From IMG/VR virus record IMGVR_UViG_3300023243_000009, positions 74,668 to 138,667 of that record: a stretch of DNA of 64,000 bases; one strand, written 5' to 3'. The notes beneath the pieces were generated by a model that saw only the letters and a program-made list of their open reading frames with translations, was not told the origin of the DNA and did no database searches. The stretch's first letter is position 1. Each line of letters opens with the position of its first letter. Source of the stretch: a virus. Positions 19,840-27,264 of the stretch are shown piece by piece. The position numbers were made by a program, and so were the translations under genes.

Positions 19840-19925
19840 AGGAAGAAATCGGAATCGAACCGAATGCCTTTTACAGCACGATTATCTTAGCAGGATACCC
19901 TAATCACCATCATAGTTTATCTTCC
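19840..19925 (-). tRNA. tRNA-Ser (GCT)
   Basis: Loop CT GCT AA, long variable arm. Confidence 0.88.
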
Positions 19926-19930
19926 TTTTG

Positions 19931-20003
19931 TCGAAGTGGTAGGTTACGATCCTACTACCTTTGTCGTATCAGGACAATGCTCTACCAATTGAGCTACACT
20001 CCG
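19931..20003 (-). tRNA. tRNA-Ile (GAT)
   Basis: TTGTC CT GAT AC GACAA; T-loop GGATCGTAACC. Confidence 0.88.
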
Positions 20004-20009
20004 GAATTG

Positions 20010-20083
20010 CTCCTCAGGTAGGGTTCGAACCTACTACCTACGCATTAACAGTGCGCCGCTCTAACCAGATGAGCTACTGAGGA
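20010..20083 (-). tRNA. tRNA-Asn (GTT)
   Basis: GCGCA CT GTT AA TGCGT; TCCTCAG acceptor, G73. Confidence 0.93.
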
Positions 20084-20090
20084 ATTTTTA

Positions 20091-20171
20091 GTTACGATTA
20101 AAGGACTCGAACCTTCATTGGACATATCTGCCGCTACTGCTCATGAGACAGTCAACGCACCTGCATCGTAA
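20091..20171 (-). ncRNA. Atypical tRNA-like RNA (CAT loop, no D-stem, long variable region)
   Basis: TTACGAT/ATCGTAA, ACTGT CTCATGA GCAGT, GAAGG TTCGAGT CCTTT. Confidence 0.6.
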
Positions 20172-20176
20172 TGTAA

Positions 20177-20252
20177 TGGTGGTACTGATTGGTATCGAAC
20201 CAACTACACCTAGATTTTCAGTCTAGTGCTCTACCGTTTGAGCTACAGTACC
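20177..20252 (-). tRNA. tRNA-Phe (GAA), encoded CCA
   Basis: CTAGA CT GAA AA TCTAG. Confidence 0.93.
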
Positions 20253-20339
20253 AAATAAGAATGTGGTGGGACCCGATGTAATTTAACCACACCCTTTATA
20301 CATTGTCCTAGGTTGTATAAAGGTACATCTTCACTATCG

Positions 20340-20419
20340 TGGGCGATGGTGGACTCGAACCACTCCCTTTCGGACGGAATTTACAGTCCCGCTGTCGTAT
20401 CCGAACGACTTTCAACCCC
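20340..20419 (-). tRNA. tRNA-Tyr (GTA)
   Basis: CGGGA CT GTA AA TTCCG, short variable arm CC GAAA GG. Confidence 0.85.
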
Positions 20420-20495
20420 CATTTTCTAATCTTAAAATAATCTTTACCAAGACTTTTACACCTTGTTTTATTTCTAACGTTTAAAACTAGAATTA

Positions 20496-20567
20496 GTTAA
20501 CGTACAAGAATCGAACTTGCTTCTCCCGGCTCATTGCCGGGCGTGGTCACCATTCCACTAACGCCAA
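20496..20567 (-). tRNA. Atypical tRNA with anticodon ATG (His-like), A33
   Basis: Full cloverleaf; CCCGG CA ATG AG CCGGG; C73. Confidence 0.6.
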
Positions 20568-20666
20568 AAACTATAATTAATTGGAACTACAATTCCTAAC
20601 CTCTATAGAGTAGTCTGTGTTTAGATCACTATTGTAGTAATGATTCTCTTCACCCAACTATTTTTG

Positions 20667-20737
20667 TACCTCCTGATGGAATCGAACCATCGCACTTTGC
20701 ATGTAAAACAAATACGCTACCATTACGTCAAAGAGGT
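20667..20737 (-). tRNA. tRNA-Val (TAC)
   Basis: TTTGT TT TAC AT GCAAA. Confidence 0.87.
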
Positions 20738-20750
20738 AAGTTTAATTTTT

Positions 20751-20815
20751 TAGTTATGATAGGATTCGAACCTATATCTTGCGGACCGCCATGTTAACCG
20801 TTACACCACACAACC
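20751..20815 (-). ncRNA. tRNA-like RNA lacking an anticodon loop (65 nt)
   Basis: GGTTGTG/CATAACT, D-loop AACGGTT, anticodon arm reduced to GCGG T CCGC, intact T-arm. Confidence 0.65.
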
Positions 20816-20847
20816 CCGGAAATTAATAACCTCAACTTGCAAATTTG

Positions 20848-20919
20848 TACCCCTGTTAGGAGTCGAACCTAACCCCACTGTTTAAAAGACAGTTGCCTAC
20901 ACCGGTTTGCTACAGGGAT
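20848..20919 (-). tRNA. tRNA-Lys (TTT)
   Basis: ACTGT CT TTT AA ACAGT. Confidence 0.88.
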
Positions 20920-21115
20920 AGAAGTAAATAAAAGATTGGTGTATCAATAACCTCCATTTAAATGTTTTGATATCATTACATTTAAACCTGTTTCACAGTT
21001 ACCCCTTTGGCTAAGAGAGCTTATTATGATATTAAGCTTAATCTTTTATTAAAACTATTGCGGACTCTTTTCGAACTTTGCGGGCTCGTATCATTCCTTC
21101 TTTTGATAGTTTTTG

Positions 21116-21187
21116 TCGGGTAGACAGGAGTCGAACCTGCCGCCTCTCGCTTCCAAAGCGAGCTTCTCACCTCGAGAATACTACCCG
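21116..21187 (-). tRNA. tRNA-Pro (TGG)
   Basis: CTCGC TT TGG AA GCGAG; CGG acceptor. Confidence 0.92.
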
Positions 21188-21254
21188 AATTAATCTACTT
21201 TTAGCCTGGTTATTTTAGCTAAGCCTTTTAGCCAGGTTATTTTGTAAATTATTG

Positions 21255-21326
21255 TTGGTCTGGAGAGAATCGAACTCCCATTAATTGAGTCAAAGTCAAA
21301 TGTAATAACCGTTATACCACAGACCA
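21255..21326 (-). tRNA. tRNA-Gln (TTG)
   Basis: TTTGA CT TTG AC TCAAT; U1:A72. Confidence 0.9.
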
Positions 21327-21414
21327 ATAATGTAAGAGTTGGGCTCTTACTACCTCAATTAAGCATATCAGCTGGACCATTATGCCAGCGTTCGAATCAG
21401 AATTGATAGTTTTG

Positions 21415-21501
21415 AAGAAGGTGTGGGATTCGAACCCACGGATCTTTTACAATCACTAGTTTTCAAGACTAGCACAATAAGCCAGACTCTGTCAACCTTC
21501 C
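21415..21501 (-). tRNA. tRNA-Ser (TGA), second copy
   Basis: CTAGT CT TGA AA ACTAG, long variable arm. Confidence 0.9.
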
Positions 21502-21504
21502 TTT

Positions 21505-21533
21505 AATCTTATCCAATATGTCAATGAACCTTT
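21505..21533 (-). promoter_or_regulatory. boxA-like leader motif, copy 1 (GTTCATTGACATATTGGATAAGATT)
   Basis: Lies between the promoter and the first tRNA; repeated at 17611. Confidence 0.5.
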
Positions 21534-21550
21534 TTTACTTTCTACCCCAT

Positions 21551-21582
21551 GAAGATACGAAATCTACTCCGGGTAACCTAAT
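21551..21582 (-). promoter_or_regulatory. Bacteroidota sigma70-type promoter of the tRNA array
   Basis: TTAGG-N~14-TTTCGTATCTTCA, matching the motif found upstream of many genes here. Confidence 0.6.
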
Positions 21583-21599
21583 TTTTTTGCATAAATTTT

Positions 21600-21634
21600 A
21601 AAAAAAAACCCGAATCTTTTCAGATCCGGGTTTT
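21600..21634 (-). terminator. Rho-independent terminator
   Basis: AAAACCCGGATC TGAAAA GATTCGGGTTTT TTTT. Confidence 0.85.
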
Positions 21635-21660
21635 ATATAAATGATATGTATTTTAAACTA

Positions 21661-21816
21661 TCAACTCATAATGTACCCGGAAATATGTCTCGGTTGCTTA
21701 TATTCGCTATTAAATGTAAAGCCACAAATCACATCACTACATAACGATAACGTCCATATATTAAGGACCTGCATCGAGGCATGTAGATTTGTAAATATGT
21801 TTTGAAGTGTTTTCAT
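21661..21816 (-). CDS. Small leader-like peptide ORF (51 aa, not in ORF track)
   Basis: Manual translation MKTLQNIFTNLHASMQVLNIWTLSLCSDVICGF...; terminator directly downstream. Confidence 0.4.
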   Translation of the reverse strand: MKTLQNIFTNLHASMQVLNIWTLSLCSDVICGFTFNSEYKQPRHISGYIMS

Positions 21817-21886
21817 GTTTATTTTTATTCTATAATAAATATATGAAAAAGATATTAAGTCGCCAAGGAATTTTTTTCTTTTTCTT

Positions 21887-22426
21887 TTATTTTTTAATTA
21901 TTTTTTTTAACGCATTTACATAGTTGGGATCCTCCGCATAATATTGAGATAGATAACTATAATATTCTTGTTCTGTTCTAATTTTATATAAATAAGTTGA
22001 ATAATACAGGGCATAATCTAGTACCGAGTCTTGCCAATTGTTATAATGAGCATGTGATCTCTTAGTTCCAACTGCTAAATTAGCTCTTGATCTTGCTTCT
22101 TTCATCCCAAATAAATTATTATTTTCCAAAAATATGTGGGAAGAGAAATTAGAGGACTCGAGTTTAGCTTGTGCCAATACAATATGGGGAAATTTAAAGT
22201 TTAAACTATATATTTTCTCTTTTAATTTTTCTTCAGAAAAAGTATTTGCTTCTCGTATTATAATAAGCCTATCTTCTAAGGATATATTTTCTGTTTTTTT
22301 GTTATTATTGTAAGTAAGACCAAATATGGTTACTAACCCTAATACCGCCCCAAACCCCAATAAGGATCTGCTTGTTATACTAGTTTTTTCATATAACATC
22401 GTTTCTTGATTAAATTTATAATACAT
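21887..22426 (-). CDS. Membrane-anchored glucosaminidase (GH73-like)
   Basis: N-terminal TM segment; AQAKLES, NNLFGMK, YAEDPNY. Confidence 0.8.
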   Translation of the reverse strand: MYYKFNQETMLYEKTSITSRSLLGFGAVLGLVTIFGLTYNNNKKTENISLEDRLIIIREANTFSEEKLKEKIYSLNFKFPHIVLAQAKLESSNFSSHIFLENNNLFGMKEARSRANLAVGTKRSHAHYNNWQDSVLDYALYYSTYLYKIRTEQEYYSYLSQYYAEDPNYVNALKKIIKK

Positions 22427-22523
22427 AACCTTAATTGTTTTTAATTGTTATTATACCTGAATATACGAAAGATATTATGGGAAACCAAATTTATTGAATA
22501 TTCAGTTTATGGGTTTAATTTTT

Positions 22524-22742
22524 CTAATTTATTAACTTTAACCAACCCCATTTTATGCCTTTAGTCATTCGGTTTTTAATTGTAATGTAATCTCCTGATT
22601 TTTCACATGCTATAAAGTCACGTAATATTATTTCTTTTCTTTGTTGGTTGAATTCACCCTCATCTTCAACTACTATTTCGTAATTTTTATTTCTATACCT
22701 ATAAACTACCATGTTATATAGTTTTTGATAGAGTATACACAC
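22524..22742 (-). CDS. Hypothetical protein
   Basis: ORF in the operon; true start probably the internal MVVY. Confidence 0.55.
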   Translation of the reverse strand: MCILYQKLYNMVVYRYRNKNYEIVVEDEGEFNQQRKEIILRDFIACEKSGDYITIKNRMTKGIKWGWLKLIN

Positions 22743-23040
22743 TATTAGAAGTTCTAAACTTCACATAACCCTCAGATTGCTCAAGGATTTCAGTTACGGT
22801 AGTGGTTTGCCAAGTAAAAAATTGATTAAAGGGTGACATTATTAACGTAAAACCTACTTCAGGTAATGTATGCATAGCTTTAACACCCTTGCCATTTTCA
22901 TTAAATTCCAACCATCTTACGTCTTTACTATTTTTGGTTAACCCGTCTCTTTCCCTAACTAGTTTGTAATTAAATTCTGTTTCTATACCTTGTTCTTTTA
23001 GAATATTAACCGGTATTTTTATTTGTTTTATTTTACTCAT
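22714..23040 (-). CDS. Hypothetical protein
   Basis: 108-aa ORF, coupled stop/start. Confidence 0.65.
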   Translation of the reverse strand: MSKIKQIKIPVNILKEQGIETEFNYKLVRERDGLTKNSKDVRWLEFNENGKGVKAMHTLPEVGFTLIMSPFNQFFTWQTTTVTEILEQSEGYVKFRTSNSVYTLSKTI

Positions 23041-23348
23041 ACTATACCATTATTATTGATTTCCTCAAGTCTATCTAATATTATAAATTGTTTATCTAAT
23101 AAATTTTGTATATATTTTTTTGTAATTGTTGGTGATTCGATATCACAATATAAAATAAAAAGGAGATTGTGTGTTTTTTTAAATAATTTTTCACCAAATA
23201 ACCAATACCTTTTTCTAACTTTAATAATGGGTAACGTGTCGTAAAAATAGGTATTATAACCCGTAAAGTCCCTACCATGTTCTAACTCACCACCAAATTC
23301 TTTAACACTGTATAGGAACTTTCGACCTTTATACTCTAATTGTTTCAT
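23037..23348 (-). CDS. Hypothetical protein
   Basis: 103-aa ORF, coupled stop/start. Confidence 0.6.
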   Translation of the reverse strand: MKQLEYKGRKFLYSVKEFGGELEHGRDFTGYNTYFYDTLPIIKVRKRYWLFGEKLFKKTHNLLFILYCDIESPTITKKYIQNLLDKQFIILDRLEEINNNGIV

Positions 23349-24025
23349 ATCTCTAAAATATTTCCATTACTACTCAATCTACCAAATTTTCCATCAGTAA
23401 CCACGGAACCGTTTGAAAATACTGTATCCAAACCATCAACAGTTCGAGTCCCAGCATTGATAATGTCTTTACAGTTATGTATGTGACCGAACAACATGAG
23501 TTGAGGGTTGATTAATTTAACAACGTTCCATAAACTTTTACACCCACAAAACTCCATTACGTTCATTCTATCAATACCCATATCCAATATTCCTTTTGGT
23601 GGGCCATGGGTTACAATAATATCCACATCCTTATCAATTATACCACTCCAAATTCTATCTAACTTGTTTCTTGCTTTGTTGAATGACCAACCATTACCAA
23701 ATGATGGTGTTAATGGTGAACCAAATATTTTGATTCCTTCAATAGTAATATGCTCATTCTCTAAGTAGTGAATACCATTCACTTGAATATCAGATATGGA
23801 TACCAATCCTTTTTCAATTGAACTATCGTGGTTACCTGCTACAAATATTTTATGTTTGATAGGTAATTCAGAAAACCAATCTATAAAGTTTCTAACTTCA
23901 GGTTCATTGTTATAAGGATCTCTAGGGTTAGAACAGTCACCACTAAAGATGACCATATCTATTCCTTTTGGTATTTCTAATAAACCGTGGTATGTGTGAG
24001 TATCCCCAATATGCCAAATCTTCAT
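23345..24025 (-). CDS. Metallophosphoesterase (copy 1)
   Basis: GDTH, SGD, AGNHD, THGPP, FGHIH. Confidence 0.9.
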   Translation of the reverse strand: MKIWHIGDTHTYHGLLEIPKGIDMVIFSGDCSNPRDPYNNEPEVRNFIDWFSELPIKHKIFVAGNHDSSIEKGLVSISDIQVNGIHYLENEHITIEGIKIFGSPLTPSFGNGWSFNKARNKLDRIWSGIIDKDVDIIVTHGPPKGILDMGIDRMNVMEFCGCKSLWNVVKLINPQLMLFGHIHNCKDIINAGTRTVDGLDTVFSNGSVVTDGKFGRLSSNGNILEI

Positions 24026-24186
24026 TACTTCTATTTTTTAGGTCTACCTCTTTTTGAGGTAATAATATTGTATTTTTTATATTTATCTTCTATAATATAA
24101 TAGAGATCTATTATTTCCCCACTACATTCTACACATTCATATATTGCTTAGTTTCTATCAAATTTAACATGTTTTATTTATTTTAA

Positions 24187-24390
24187 TTATGCTTCTTCGT
24201 GACCAAATGCATTTACCCATTCTTCTGGTGTAATACCTGAGATTATAAACTCTCTTTCATCTGAGCTTATATTTGTAAATACATTTTGAGCTAATTCTCC
24301 TCTTTCATGTCTTACTAATTGCTCATTAGTTGCATCCAATTCCATGGTGTTTGTTTTACCGGATAACTGTGATTTTCTTGTGATTTTCAT
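24187..24390 (-). CDS. Hypothetical protein
   Basis: 67-aa ORF ending DEREFIISGITPEEW. Confidence 0.65.
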   Translation of the reverse strand: MKITRKSQLSGKTNTMELDATNEQLVRHERGELAQNVFTNISSDEREFIISGITPEEWVNAFGHEEA

Positions 24391-24953
24391 AATGATACTT
24401 TTATATTTCCTGTATCTTTTGTTGTTAACATAACATGAGAATCCACTGTTATACTACTTCTTGTTTCATCTGCTTTCCAGAACTCATGTCTTATTACCTG
24501 AATTATATCATACGCTTCTCTACAAGATTCATCTACTTTTGGGTTATGTATTCCCCAACTCCCATTTTTTCCTACTGAATAATCCTGTATTAAGTTATTT
24601 CTAACTTCGGCAAGTTGGTTATCAATATTATCCCTAATTTGGTGATATTTTGTGTAGTTGGTAGATAATTTAACATCCTTTAATTTTTTCCAAACATGCT
24701 CCTTATTCCAATACCCATCCTTCACACTTCCTGATATTAATGCCTTCCCCTCTTTTATTTCAAGGATTTTTCCTTGAGGGGTTCTGTCTCCTACTTCAAT
24801 CTCTTTAACAGGGCTACAAACCTCATATAAATGTTTTTCAAATGTTGGGTGTTCTTTAATCACATTAAATTGACCCATTCCTATTCTTGAGTAAAAGTCT
24901 AATGCTTTCTGTATTAACCTTAATTGATTATTATTTACTTCTAATGTTGACAT
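24387..24953 (-). CDS. Hypothetical protein
   Basis: 188-aa ORF with an upstream promoter motif. Confidence 0.65.
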   Translation of the reverse strand: MSTLEVNNNQLRLIQKALDFYSRIGMGQFNVIKEHPTFEKHLYEVCSPVKEIEVGDRTPQGKILEIKEGKALISGSVKDGYWNKEHVWKKLKDVKLSTNYTKYHQIRDNIDNQLAEVRNNLIQDYSVGKNGSWGIHNPKVDESCREAYDIIQVIRHEFWKADETRSSITVDSHVMLTTKDTGNIKVSL

Positions 24954-25029
24954 AACTTTTATTTAAAATTTAACTTATAAGTAAATATACGAAAGAAAAC
25001 ACGGGTAGCCAAACCCCCGCGCATTACTT

Positions 25030-25710
25030 TCAATTTATTTCTAATATGTTCCCATTACTACTCAATCTACCAAATTTTCCATCAGTAACCACGGAACCGT
25101 TTGAGAAAATTGTATCTAATCCTCTTACTGTTCTAGTACCAGCGTTTATGATATTGTTGTTATCATGAATATGACCAAATAACATTAACTTGGGTTTTAC
25201 TATTTGAACTTTATTCATCAGTGATTTATCCCCACAATTTTCAAGGTTTCCTCTTCTATCATAAGATAAATCTAACATTCCCTTAGGAGGACCGTGCACT
25301 ACTATAATATCTGAGTCATCCTCTATTATATTATCCCACATTCTATCCAGTTTATGTCTTTCTTTCATGAAAGACCATTGCCCAAATTGGGGTGTATAAG
25401 GAGAACCAAATATCTTTATACCCTCGATAGTAATATGAGTATTTTCTAAATAATAAATATCTTTTTTATCGAAATCTTCTTTAGTTACTAAACCTTTTTC
25501 TATTGAACTATCATGATTCCCCGCAATAAATACTTTATATTTAATTGGTAATGAACTAAACCAATCTATAAATCTTCTTACCTCAGGCTCATTGCTGTAA
25601 GGGTCTCGGGGGTTTGAGCAATCACCACTAAAGATGACCATATCAACACCCTTTGGTATTTCTAATAAGTTGTGGTACGTGTGAGTATCCCCAATATGCC
25701 AAATTTTCAT
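25030..25710 (-). CDS. Metallophosphoesterase (copy 2)
   Basis: Same motifs and same 226-aa length as copy 1; termini near-identical. Confidence 0.9.
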   Translation of the reverse strand: MKIWHIGDTHTYHNLLEIPKGVDMVIFSGDCSNPRDPYSNEPEVRRFIDWFSSLPIKYKVFIAGNHDSSIEKGLVTKEDFDKKDIYYLENTHITIEGIKIFGSPYTPQFGQWSFMKERHKLDRMWDNIIEDDSDIIVVHGPPKGMLDLSYDRRGNLENCGDKSLMNKVQIVKPKLMLFGHIHDNNNIINAGTRTVRGLDTIFSNGSVVTDGKFGRLSSNGNILEIN

Positions 25711-25759
25711 AACTTCTATTTTTTAGGTCTACCTCTTTTTGAGGTAATAATATTTTTTT

Positions 25760-26080
25760 TTATTTTATTTCTTCTAAGTCTTCTTTTAATCTACTTATAA
25801 ATGAATCCTCCCCATCATCTCCGGATAGGTACCAATCTACTCTTTGTGCATATATCTCGGCTTGTCTTAATACCTTAATGGCCTTTTTAAATTCCTCTTG
25901 AACATCCTTTCTATAAATACGATTATATCTTTCCTCTGGGTATTTTTCAAGATAAGCATCAGCAAAATAAGAAAGCTCGTATTCAGGTATATCTTTACCT
26001 TGATTATCTAGTTCTGTTTGGATATCATCCGCTATATCTCTAATTTTAAATTGGTTGTATTCAAAGTGTCCTCCGCTCAT
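25760..26080 (-). CDS. Hypothetical protein
   Basis: MSGGHFEY...RVDWYLSGDDGEDSF pattern typical of phage proteins. Confidence 0.65.
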   Translation of the reverse strand: MSGGHFEYNQFKIRDIADDIQTELDNQGKDIPEYELSYFADAYLEKYPEERYNRIYRKDVQEEFKKAIKVLRQAEIYAQRVDWYLSGDDGEDSFISRLKEDLEEIK

Positions 26081-26082
26081 AA

Positions 26083-26277
26083 TTATTTATTTTTAAATTT
26101 AGTATTTTTCCAAAGGTGTAAAAACTCATTTCTTTCTATTTGACTTGGTTCCGGGTCTCCTTCATCCGGGGTTATCGATATGTAATCGGAGTTGGGAGTT
26201 GCTTGTAATTCATAAGCCCGTCTGTCAGCCGTTACGATCAATAATATATCATCTATTTCTCTACTATAAAGCTTCAT
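26083..26277 (-). CDS. Hypothetical protein
   Basis: 64-aa ORF in the operon. Confidence 0.55.
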   Translation of the reverse strand: MKLYSREIDDILLIVTADRRAYELQATPNSDYISITPDEGDPEPSQIERNEFLHLWKNTKFKNK

Positions 26278-26288
26278 TTTTATTAAGT

Positions 26289-26693
26289 TTAATATTTATT
26301 TAAATCTCTTAATAATCGAGTTAGTGAGTTTTGTATGTTATTTTTGATCTCATTCTCCATGTTGTTTCTTATTACCTCCATCCGATTATCAAAGGATTTA
26401 GTAATTTTTCGTAAAATGATAGAGTTCATAGGGATAATATAACTATAAACATGATTGATTATTTCTATAGTTTCTTTACCTATAATAATAAATAAATTTC
26501 CTTTTTCTTGTCTTAAATATCTTTTACCACTTAAGGGGGCTATGTGCAAGGTAGTTTTTTCATTTTCTATAATTTTTTTGCAAATAAGATATATAGATGT
26601 TTGTTGAGGATCCCTTTTGGGGATATGGTTTGGGTCTACTAATTTTTTAATGTGTATAAATGTTTTTTGACCTAATCTTTTAATATAATGCAT
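26289..26693 (-). CDS. Hypothetical protein
   Basis: 134-aa ORF with an upstream promoter motif. Confidence 0.65.
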   Translation of the reverse strand: MHYIKRLGQKTFIHIKKLVDPNHIPKRDPQQTSIYLICKKIIENEKTTLHIAPLSGKRYLRQEKGNLFIIIGKETIEIINHVYSYIIPMNSIILRKITKSFDNRMEVIRNNMENEIKNNIQNSLTRLLRDLNKY

Positions 26694-27264
26694 AACCTTA
26701 ATTGTTTTTATTTGTTATTATGTTTAAATATACGATAAATCCTTCGGGTAGCCAAATTTATGACATAGTAATTTTATCTAATTCTTGTTGGAGTTTTTGA
26801 ATACGTAATTTTGTTAGAGGTGTTTTAATAGATGATTTTAATTCTAAAATAGTTTTACTAATTACTTCAATTTTGTTTAATTTTTCTTGAAATTCCATAT
26901 TGTAGGTATGTTTAAATGTTATACTTGAATATACAAAAAAAGACTCGCATAGGCAAGTCTTTATGTAATTGTTTCAGAAAAAATGTTGATGTATAAGGAT
27001 TTAAATAAAAAAATATCATCCTTAAAAGAATTAATAAGTAGTAACGTTTACACAGCTATCTTCAAGAAGCCTAAATAATTAATTATCTTTTCTCTCTGTT
27101 GCCCATGTGCTAGCGTAGGCGGATAAAACGGTTACTACTAATTAACCTTTTGTAAGTAGGGGTTTTAATCCTTCCTTACGTAAAAGACTCATCCTGGTAC
27201 GCTCAAGGAAGTAAAGATTAATCCCCTGAGCGTGATGAGTACTGTTTATTATCCTATTAGGGGT

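Noticed and set aside
21200-21243. 16-bp imperfect direct repeat ttagcc(t/a)ggttatttt
   Set aside because: Only two copies in a short spacer, with no further support for function
15200-21510. Suppressor tRNAs or stop-codon recoding
   Set aside because: No CTA, TTA or TCA anticodon found, and ORFs are long and intact under code 11
24043-24062. ACCTC-TTTTT-GAGGT hairpin upstream of both phosphoesterases as a regulatory element
   Set aside because: More simply explained as codons (TSKRG) of the remnant upstream gene carried with the duplication
27225-27245. Hammerhead ribozyme (GTGATGAG resembles CUGAUGA)
   Set aside because: First base differs and there is no properly placed GAAA/stem III
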